NCBI GenBank assembly: GCA_038217285.1 | Contig: JBBQPO010000184.1 | Location: 1-12,237 of the forward strand | Source: Chthonomonadales bacterium | GTDB taxonomy: Bacteria; Armatimonadota; Chthonomonadetes; Chthonomonadales; Chthonomonadaceae | Direction of reading: 5' to 3' | Length of the DNA stretch: 12,237 nucleotides | Shown: positions 1 to 6,839 of the stretch, piece by piece | How positions within the stretch are numbered: position 1 is the first letter of the stretch | How the letters are laid out: each line of letters opens with the position of its first letter | Position numbers and translations under genes: made by a program | Notes under the pieces: model-generated | The model's database searches: none | What the model was told of the DNA's origin: nothing | What the model saw: only the letters and a program-made list of their open reading frames with translations

Positions 1-38
1 TCGAATAGATCGGCCTGGCTGCTTCGTTTTCCAATCAT
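1..38 (-). CDS. 5' end of a putative transposase (partial, MIGKRSSQADLF...)
   Basis: ATG ATT GGA AAA CGA AGC AGC CAG GCC GAT CTA TTC GA is open to the window edge, with AGGAG 11 nt upstream. M-x-G-(K/R)-x3-Q-x2-L-F resembles IS1182/IS5-type transposase N-termini. Only 12 codons are visible. Confidence 0.45.
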   Translation of the reverse strand, partial: MIGKRSSQADLF

Positions 39-136
39 GTGAGCATGGTCTCCTGGGAGCATTGTGTGATGGCTATAGATTCACCACACAACCCAACAAT
101 TCCTTTGGTTTGGAAGGCGACTTTTCGGCCGCGCTT
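1..136 (-). mobile_element. Probable left end of an insertion sequence (IS5/IS1182-like DDE element), running off the window
   Basis: On the minus strand, CTAG (140-137) is followed by AAGCGCGGCCGAAAAGTC (terminal-IR-like), then AGGAG (54-50) and an ATG at 38 opening a transposase-like N-terminus. The upstream sacsin ORF loses its character at this point. The other end is not visible. Confidence 0.5.
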
Positions 137-2051
137 CTAGCGTCGTGTAAGGCACCGACGCAGGGAGCAAGACCACAGCCTCGGAAGAAATCATAGTAAA
201 GAGACGATGAACGCTTTCGAGATTAAGGCGCAGAGTTTTTACGCCGCACTCCTGAAAGGCTTCCCGGATCTTGTGCAAAAGTACAGATTGCCAGGATTTC
301 GTTGCTGTCTGACCGAGGGCTGGATTTTCCATTTGATCATTGCAATGCGCTTGAGGCGCGTTCAGAAATGTCGTCAGATAGTCCAGCATCTCCCTCTGAC
401 GGAATACCTCGTTGGCTGGCATACTGTTCAATAATGAGGGAAGCAGGGGCTGCCAGGATGCGGACGGCGCACTGATCAGTCGAGGCAGTTCTGAAAACGT
501 GATCGGTATGTTTTGGCAGAGAGTCAGTTCTGGAAACAAGACAAAAAGAACCGACAGCTGATCTGTCGGTAGCGTGGGAAGAATATAGTAGGGTTGTTCG
601 GCTGGCAGCAACTGCCACGCGATCCCATCCAATGTTAGGCAGGCCATCCATTGATGCTGGCCGCAAAGAGCTGCCTCTTTTCCTGCCAACAATTTGCAAG
701 TGGAGAGCGCTTCCGTCAATCCACAGATTTCATGGGAAGAGAGCAGGAGATTACTGGCAAAATCCCGAAGCGCAGGCAACACCAGTGGAAGCAGGGTCCG
801 CTGCTCCAACGCCCAGTTCCAGTCTCCTGCCAGTATTTTGTGTTGATCCGTGTATTCCATCCGTGGTTCACCTGACGATAGCACAACATCACGCCGTCCA
901 GCATCCACAAAGTAGCATCCGTGCAGATGTAGACGGTAACTCCGACTGGCACCAGGAATATACTGCGTCTCTTCGCTATCTGTTAAGGGAAGAAAAACAT
1001 TGCGAGAGAGGCGGAGTGCGGCGGTTGGCTGATCGCAGAATGGCAACTGCTGAAATACTACGGCGGCATGTGGGCGAGTCTTGTCTTTCTCCTGAGTGCT
1101 TTCACCAGGTTTCTCTCCCCGCTTAGAAACCTTGGGCCAATCTTTACAATCCCGCATCTGATCGAAAATGAGATCCTGGCTTAAAACCTCCTGTCCGCAG
1201 TAAGAATAGTTCTGACGTTGCCCAAATTTATCTGTACACCCAATGGAGCCCTGTATTATCCCCGATAGTGTTCCTTCTTGTCGGTTGCCTTTATCTGCGG
1301 GATACCGACGGCGCAGCGCTCCCGTGTTCAGGGATACACAGAGGTGCGGTGCTTCGAAGTTTTGCCAATAGGTAACGGTTTGGAGATTTCGAAGCAGGGG
1401 GAGTAGTTCCGCGGCGTTGCGCGGAAAGTCTTCCGTCAGGATCTCGTCCAACGAGCAAAGTGCTGGCTGAACGATGGGTTCAACATCATCCAAGAGCGCA
1501 TCACATTTTAGAGGGATCCAGAGGCAAAACCAGGTGGGGATGTCGTGCAACCAGCCACCTATTGTTGATTTCAAAAGCGCGGTTATATCAGCGTCACAAG
1601 TCCAGTCGGTGTGGTACTCAGTTCCTTCCCACGGATTGAGCAGGCCTGGGTTCGAAGGAGATAGATATTCAGGCCCCTTTAAGCCCTGCTGATCATCGGA
1701 GCCGAAATAGAAAAATGCTTCACAGATATGAAAGATGCTCTTGAGCCCACGCCCAAATTTTCCTATCGCAAAATCATCCCCGCCCTTTGAGCCAATACCA
1801 ATCTGGGTAAAGGCAATAGCGTCTTTGGGAAGAAAAGGGCCATTGTTGAGGACGATAAGCGCGGGAACTCGCAACAGTGGATTGCTGTGACCCGCAAATC
1901 CGCCATGACTAGCGAGATAAAGGGTATCCGCTTGCGCATCATCTGCGTTTTGCACCAATTCCTTGAGAATAGAGCGAGCAACGTACTGATCGCGCAAAAG
2001 ACTACGGAGGTTTTCGACAACGCCATACGGATCAAGGACATAATTTGCCAT
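81..2051 (-). CDS. Sacsin N-terminal-like GHKL (HSP90-type) ATPase domain protein, probably 3'-truncated by IS insertion
   Basis: 656-aa ORF with Bergerat-fold motifs LKELVQNADDA, VLNNG and IGKFGRGLKSIFHI, plus sacsin-like FLPL and LHGCYFVDAGRR. AGGGG RBS at 2062-2058. The last 18 aa (EARPKSRLPNQRNCWVVW) lie beyond the CTAG junction. Confidence 0.8.
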   Translation of the reverse strand: MANYVLDPYGVVENLRSLLRDQYVARSILKELVQNADDAQADTLYLASHGGFAGHSNPLLRVPALIVLNNGPFLPKDAIAFTQIGIGSKGGDDFAIGKFGRGLKSIFHICEAFFYFGSDDQQGLKGPEYLSPSNPGLLNPWEGTEYHTDWTCDADITALLKSTIGGWLHDIPTWFCLWIPLKCDALLDDVEPIVQPALCSLDEILTEDFPRNAAELLPLLRNLQTVTYWQNFEAPHLCVSLNTGALRRRYPADKGNRQEGTLSGIIQGSIGCTDKFGQRQNYSYCGQEVLSQDLIFDQMRDCKDWPKVSKRGEKPGESTQEKDKTRPHAAVVFQQLPFCDQPTAALRLSRNVFLPLTDSEETQYIPGASRSYRLHLHGCYFVDAGRRDVVLSSGEPRMEYTDQHKILAGDWNWALEQRTLLPLVLPALRDFASNLLLSSHEICGLTEALSTCKLLAGKEAALCGQHQWMACLTLDGIAWQLLPAEQPYYILPTLPTDQLSVLFVLFPELTLCQNIPITFSELPRLISAPSASWQPLLPSLLNSMPANEVFRQREMLDYLTTFLNAPQAHCNDQMENPALGQTATKSWQSVLLHKIREAFQECGVKTLRLNLESVHRLFTMISSEAVVLLPASVPYTTLEARPKSRLPNQRNCWVVW

Positions 2052-2134
2052 TCAAATCCCCTGCTATCGCAATATCGTTTCTTTACATGCCTGCTCTTGT
2101 TGTTATGCAATCCGTGGCGATGTTCCTGCCCACC

Positions 2135-2163
2135 TTTATATTTTGGACAAAACGTAGTATAAT
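2135..2163 (+). promoter_or_regulatory. Sigma70-type promoter for the abiE operon
   Basis: TTTATA (2135-2140), 17 nt spacer, perfect TATAAT (2158-2163), upstream of abiEi. Confidence 0.55.
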
Positions 2164-2168
2164 GTCAA
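2140..2168 (-). promoter_or_regulatory. Overlapping divergent sigma70-type promoter for the sacsin-like gene
   Basis: Perfect TTGACA (2168-2163), 17 nt spacer, CAAAAT (2145-2140) on the minus strand. Confidence 0.4.
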
Positions 2169-2247
2169 TGTAATCAGACATTTTATCTGCCCTTCTCCTT
2201 ATGTGGTGAAATGTCTGATAAAAACATCTTTTGCAGGCATTTTGTCC
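2145..2247. promoter_or_regulatory. Inverted-repeat array, candidate AbiEi autoregulatory operators
   Basis: ATCAGACATTT (2173-2183)/AAATGTCTGAT (2209-2219) and GGACAAAA (2145-2152)/TTTTGTCC (2240-2247) share a symmetry axis at 2196. Also AATGTC-N10-GACATT (2161-2182) and AAATGTCTG-N16-CAGGCATTT (2209-2242). AbiEi antitoxins are known to repress their own promoter via inverted repeats. Confidence 0.55.
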
Positions 2248-2257
2248 GATCAAAACC

Positions 2258-2869
2258 ATGAATACACAGGATCCACAACACGAATCTGTTTGTTCTCCCT
2301 CTCTGGCCGATGGCATATTGCGGGTGCGCGATATGGCGCAGCAGGGAATCTCCCGTCAGACTATCCAACGGATGACAGAGGAAGGGGAGTTGCTCCGCAT
2401 CGGGCGTGGCCTCTATAGTCGTCCCGATGCTGTCGTCACCGAAAACCACACACTGGCTCAGGTCTGCGCCCGGGTTCCGCATGGCGTTATCTGTCTGACT
2501 TCCGCTCTGCAGTTTCATGAACTGACCACCCAGAGCCCCTGGCAGGTCTGGCTGCTGATCGAGCGGCATGCCCGCGCTCCCAAGTTGGACTATCCGACCT
2601 TGCGAATCATGCGGGCCAGCCCCGAGTTTCTTGCCGAGGGCGTGGAAGAACATAAGATCGAGGGAGTGACGGTGCGGGTAACCAATGTCGCCCGGACCGT
2701 GGCCGACTGCTTCAAGTACCGCAATAAGATCGGGTTGGCTGTCGCTATGGAGGCATTGCGGGAATGTCTGGGCGAACGCCGCACCGACAGAGCCTCTCTG
2801 CATCGCTACGCCCGCCTCTGTCGGGTGGAGCGTGTAATGCAACCTTATCTGGAGATACTGGCGCTATGA
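2258..2869 (+). CDS. abiEi: Type IV toxin-antitoxin system AbiEi-family antitoxin / transcriptional regulator
   Basis: N-terminal wHTH (GISRQTIQRMTEEGELLRIGRGLY), VICLTSALQFHELTTQ and ARTVADCFKYRNKIGLAVAMEAL motifs. Stop overlaps the next start (ATGA, 2866-2869). ATG 2258 preferred over TTG 2231. Confidence 0.9.
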   Translation: MNTQDPQHESVCSPSLADGILRVRDMAQQGISRQTIQRMTEEGELLRIGRGLYSRPDAVVTENHTLAQVCARVPHGVICLTSALQFHELTTQSPWQVWLLIERHARAPKLDYPTLRIMRASPEFLAEGVEEHKIEGVTVRVTNVARTVADCFKYRNKIGLAVAMEALRECLGERRTDRASLHRYARLCRVERVMQPYLEILAL

Positions 2870-3812
2870 ATGAGCAGAATACACGGCCCATAACCAATGT
2901 AGCGGCCTCCATGCGGCAACGACTGCTCAATCTCTCGACGGTCCGCCAGGATAACTTCAACCGCCTGCTTACTCAGTACGCACTGGAGCGTCTCCTCTAT
3001 CGCATCAGCCGTTCGCCTCATAGCGAACATTTTATTCTCAAAGGCGCTATGCTGTTCCTCCTCTGGATGGAGGAGCCACATCGCCACACGCGGGATCTGG
3101 ATCTCTTGGGCACGGGTGATCCGGCCCCAGAGCGTCTGACGGCTCTATTCCAGGAGATATGCATTCTGGAGGTCGCAGAGGATGGTATGGTCTTCGATCC
3201 GACAACAGTGACGGCTAAGAACATTCGAGAGGAGAATATGTACGGAGGGGTGCGGGTAAGGCTAACGGCCTTTCTAGAGAAGGCGCGTATTCCCCTGCAG
3301 ATCGATGTTGGCTATGGCGACGCTGTCACTCCTGATCCTGAAGCCATGACCTTTCCGACACTGCTGGACTTTCCGCCGCCGCTCTTGCGTGCATACGCCC
3401 GAGAGACGGTCATCGCCGAGAAACTGAGCGCCCTGATAACCCTGGATATGGACAACAGCCGCATGAAGGATTTCTTTGACTTATGGATCCTGACAAAGCA
3501 GTTCGGCTTCGAGGGAGAGCAACTGGGTCAGGCCGTTGTCGCTACGTTTGCCAGGCGCAGCCTACGCCTTCCCGAGGGAACGCCCACAGGCTTATCGGAG
3601 ACGTTCTGGGGTAGTCCGGCCAAGCAAGTCCAGTGGCGGACATTCGTAAGACAGAGCGTATCGCCATCCCTACAGACGCTGACGTTGGAAGAGGTGATCG
3701 ACTTTATCGCTTCCTTTTTATCGCTTCCTTTTTGCTGCCGCTTCTGGACGCGCTGAGTAAAGGAAACGAACTCCGCAAAATGTGGGCACCAGGTGGACCC
3801 TGGCAGACCTAA
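2866..3812 (+). pseudogene. abiEii: AbiEii/AbiGii-family nucleotidyltransferase toxin, frameshifted near the 3' end (current ORF 2866-3756, 296 aa; restored 310 aa ending at TAA 3810-3812)
   Basis: ERLLYR, FILKGA, HTRDLDL, QIDVGYGD, IAEKLSA and NSRMKDFFD motifs. A 14-bp duplication at 3703-3730 shifts the frame; removing it gives ...FIASFLLPLLDALSKGNELRKMWAPGGPWQT*. Whether the shortened protein is inactive is unknown. Confidence 0.85.
3703..3730 (+). repeat. Perfect 14-bp tandem duplication (TTTATCGCTTCCTT x2)
   Basis: 3703-3716 is identical to 3717-3730, followed by TTT microhomology (3731-3733). Confidence 0.95.
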
Positions 3813-3882
3813 GAAACTGAAGCAAGGGGCATTCCTTCCCTGTACCCCATTTCGGTAAGCGCCTGTAAAGGCCAAAAGCGGT

Positions 3883-3919
3883 GCAGAGTCAGGGCGAGCA
3901 CGTCTCAGCCCGACTCTGC
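3883..3919 (-). terminator. Hairpin at the MFS stop codon, candidate terminator between convergent units
   Basis: GCAGAGTC-a-GGGC-GAG-cacgt-CTC-a-GCCC-GACTCTGC forms 15 bp with two 1-nt bulges. A short TTTT follows about 5 nt later on the minus strand. The weak U-tract and overlap with the stop codon lower confidence. Confidence 0.35.
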
Positions 3920-5155
3920 TCTGCAATAATTGCGCAGCACCGGGGCACGGGATGCGATCCAGGCGACGGCCAGCAGGCAGCCCATTCCGCCGCTGATGAC
4001 CGACCAGGGCGCGCCCGCCACCCCTGCCACCAGTCCGGCCTCCAGATTTCCGAGCTGCGGTCCGCCCATGAAGAAGATCATATTGATGGCCGTCATGCGC
4101 CCGCGCAGATGGTCCGGTGTGCCCATCTGACGAATTGTCTGCCGTAGGATGCTGCTGACGGTATCCGCCGCGCCTGCCACGGCCAGCGTCGCCAGCGAGA
4201 GCCCGAAGCTATGCGACATGCCGAACACGACCGTCGCGGAGCCGTAGACGGCGACCGCTACGAGCATCGTCAGGCCCTGCCGCATGACCGGGCGTCGGAA
4301 AGCCATGACCGAACCGGCCCCCACGGAGCCGGCGGCGGCGGCGGCGGTCAGAAGGCCGTAACCACGGGCGTCCACACGCAGAATGTCGCGGGCGAAAACC
4401 GGCAGCAGCGCTTCGGCGGAAGAGAAGAACGTGGCGGTGAAATCGAGCGCTATCGTCCAGACCTGGATCGGCTGGCTCCAGACAAACTTCAGCCCGTCCC
4501 GCAGTCCCGCGATATTCACCGGGCTCCGCTCGCTCTGCGCACGCTCCATAAGCTCCGGCTTGATGCAGAGCAGCGCGATCAGTACCGCCAGAAAGGAAGC
4601 GGCATTGATCCCGTAGATCAGGGCCAGGCTGCCGCGCTGGATCAGAGTGCCCGCCAGATAGGGGCCCACGACCGTGGCCATCTTGAAGGCGGTGGAGGTG
4701 AGCGACGCCGCATTGGAGAAGTGCTTGCGCGGCACGAGGTTGGGGATCAACGACTGTCGGGCCGGGCTGTCGAAGGCGAGCGCGCCCGCCGTCACGGCGT
4801 TCACCGCATAGAGGCTCGCCGCAGAGATGACGCCTTTCCAGGTCAGAAAGGCCAGCATGGCGGCTCCGGCGGCGAAGACGGTCTGCGTGACGAGGAGAAT
4901 CTTGCGGCGATCCTTCGCATCCGCGATAGCCCCGCCTACCAGCGAGAAAAAGACGAGCGGGATAAAGCGGTAGAGGCCGATCAGGCCCAGCGCGACCATC
5001 GAGTGGGTCAGGCCGTAGACGTGCCACCGGACGGTCGCATCCTGCATCTTCGTGCCGACCGCAGAGACGGTCAGTCCGATCCAGAGAAGGCGGAACGCCG
5101 GGCTACGCAGCGCCGGAAATCGGCCTGCGGGTGGTTCTTCCGGCTGGCCGGTCAG
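3905..5155 (-). CDS. MFS transporter (EntS / transmembrane secretion effector-like), probable exporter
   Basis: Multiple hydrophobic segments, N-terminal ALRSPAFRLLWIG...VSAVGTKMQ, motif A GGAIADAKDRRKIL, FDSPARQSLIPNLVP and TPDHLRGRM. The start most plausibly is CTG 5155 overlapping the ggt stop. ATG 5353 would overlap ggt by about 200 nt. Confidence 0.9.
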   Translation of the reverse strand: MTGQPEEPPAGRFPALRSPAFRLLWIGLTVSAVGTKMQDATVRWHVYGLTHSMVALGLIGLYRFIPLVFFSLVGGAIADAKDRRKILLVTQTVFAAGAAMLAFLTWKGVISAASLYAVNAVTAGALAFDSPARQSLIPNLVPRKHFSNAASLTSTAFKMATVVGPYLAGTLIQRGSLALIYGINAASFLAVLIALLCIKPELMERAQSERSPVNIAGLRDGLKFVWSQPIQVWTIALDFTATFFSSAEALLPVFARDILRVDARGYGLLTAAAAAGSVGAGSVMAFRRPVMRQGLTMLVAVAVYGSATVVFGMSHSFGLSLATLAVAGAADTVSSILRQTIRQMGTPDHLRGRMTAINMIFFMGGPQLGNLEAGLVAGVAGAPWSVISGGMGCLLAVAWIASRAPVLRNYCRAESG

Positions 5156-6807
5156 TAGCCTGAGGCCTTTCCGCTGATACGCGCGTCCGCCACGCCGACA
5201 TACGTTCCCTGCGGGGAGACCCGGATCGTATGAGAGTCGCCCTGGAACGGGAGAGGCGTGGGCGCGACGATCCGGTGGCCCATCGCGGTCAGCGCGGCGA
5301 CGGTCTCGGGAAAGCGCTCCGGCGATTCCATGCGGATATGGTCGGGGAACCACTCCTGCGAAAAGCGCGGATGCTGAACCGCCTCCTCGACCGACATCCC
5401 GAAATCGAGTACGCTCACGAGGATGTTCAGGATCGTGTTCGGAATGGCCCGACTGCCGGTGCTCCCGGTGACCAGGAGAACCTTCCCCTCCTGCGCCACA
5501 ATGGTCGGCGTCATCGAGCTGATGGGCCGCTTACGGGGAGCGATGGTGTTGGCGGCGGCAGCGATGTTGCCTTTCGTATCCGTCTCGCTGGGGAAGAGAT
5601 TGAAGGCGCGCATGTTGTTGTTGAGCAGGAAGCCCATGTCCTTCACCACGACCCGGGAGCCCCAGCGGCGCTCCAGGGTGTAGGTGTTGGCGACCGCCAT
5701 GCCGTTTTTATCGATGACGCCGAAATGCGTCGTGCTCGTCGATTCGTCCGCCAACGGAAGGGAGGCGGAGAGGGAGGCGCTGGGAGTGGCCTTTCGCAGG
5801 CTTATCGTAGCGGCTCGGGCGCGGGCGTAGGGACGAGACGTGAGCCAGTCCGGGTTTTGGACGAACGCCGGATCCCCCGGATAGCGGGCGCGGTCGTACT
5901 GTGCGCGACGCATCACCTCCGCCATCAGATGCACCGTCTCCGCCGACCATCGCGCCGAGCCTTTCAGGTCGAAACAGTCCAGCATGTTCAGCGCTTCGAT
6001 CAGGCAGACACCGCCCGCGCTCACCAGCGGCGGCACGGTGATGTCGTACAGCCCGCGATAGCGCGTGGTGAGCGGCGTTCGTTCGAGGGCCCGATAGGCG
6101 GCCAGATCGTCGGCGGTGATCAGCCCCTGCCCGCGCTCCATCTCCGCGATCAGCCGGTCGGCGATGGGGCCACGGTAAAAGGCGTCCGGGCCGAGGGTCG
6201 CGAGCAGTTCGAGGGTGTGGGCCAGATCCGGCAGCACCATGCGGTCCCCTGCCTGCCAGAGTCCGCCGGTGTTGCCATAGACACGCTGAAGTTCGGCATG
6301 TTCGGGCGCGGCGGCCAGGGTTTCGTTCGTGGACTGAGCCAGAGAGGCGTCCACGAGGAACCCCTCACACGCGAGCGCGATGGCAGGCTGGACGAGCGCA
6401 GACCAGGGCAGTGTGCCGAAGCGGCGATGCGCCATTTCGAGGCCCCGGATCGTCCCCGGCGTCGCGACCGCTCGGTGGGTGAACTGCGACTCCTCCGGGG
6501 TAACCATGGTCGGCCAGGCGGCCGCCGGGGCCGTCTCGCGATAGTCGAACGCCACCGGTTCGCCACCGCTCGGAGCGGGATGGACGAGCATGAAGCCCCC
6601 GCCTCCGAGATTACCGGCCAGGGGGTAGGTGACCGCGAGCGCAAACGCCGTCGCGATGGCGGCATCGACAGCGTTGCCGCCCTGCCGGAGGATCGAGACA
6701 CCCACATCGGAGGCAGGGGCGGAGACGGAGACGACCATCCCGTTGTTGCCTTCGACGCAGTGGGTTGATTCTGCCTGGTTCGGCGTGTCGTGGCGAGAAA
6801 GGCTCAT
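5152..6807 (-). CDS. ggt: Gamma-glutamyltransferase-family Ntn hydrolase, no signal peptide, atypical acyl-binding pocket
   Basis: GGNAVDAAIATAFALAV, GNLGGGGF, FDYRETAP, nucleophile TTHFGVID (Thr359) and RPISSMTPT. No hydrophobic leader. GGGGG RBS-like run at 6818-6814. Confidence 0.92.
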   Translation of the reverse strand: MSLSRHDTPNQAESTHCVEGNNGMVVSVSAPASDVGVSILRQGGNAVDAAIATAFALAVTYPLAGNLGGGGFMLVHPAPSGGEPVAFDYRETAPAAAWPTMVTPEESQFTHRAVATPGTIRGLEMAHRRFGTLPWSALVQPAIALACEGFLVDASLAQSTNETLAAAPEHAELQRVYGNTGGLWQAGDRMVLPDLAHTLELLATLGPDAFYRGPIADRLIAEMERGQGLITADDLAAYRALERTPLTTRYRGLYDITVPPLVSAGGVCLIEALNMLDCFDLKGSARWSAETVHLMAEVMRRAQYDRARYPGDPAFVQNPDWLTSRPYARARAATISLRKATPSASLSASLPLADESTSTTHFGVIDKNGMAVANTYTLERRWGSRVVVKDMGFLLNNNMRAFNLFPSETDTKGNIAAAANTIAPRKRPISSMTPTIVAQEGKVLLVTGSTGSRAIPNTILNILVSVLDFGMSVEEAVQHPRFSQEWFPDHIRMESPERFPETVAALTAMGHRIVAPTPLPFQGDSHTIRVSPQGTYVGVADARISGKASGY

Positions 6808-6839
6808 GGCGCGCCCCCGTGCAGGAGAGAATGCATCGT

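Noticed and set aside
2183-2842. 219-aa minus-strand ORF
   Set aside because: Lies antisense to the well-supported abiEi gene.
2764-2865. Extended AbiEii start at 2764
   Set aside because: Would overlap abiEi by more than 100 nt; the ATGA-coupled start at 2866 matches the family N-terminus (NVAASMRQRLLN).
3855-3875. GTAAGCG, resembling an IS66 terminus
   Set aside because: Only 7 bp and no IS66 genes nearby; the complementary copy I noticed (about 5529) lies inside ggt coding sequence.
4330-4347. (GGC)n microsatellite
   Set aside because: Encodes a poly-Ala stretch in an MFS helix; in frame and unremarkable.
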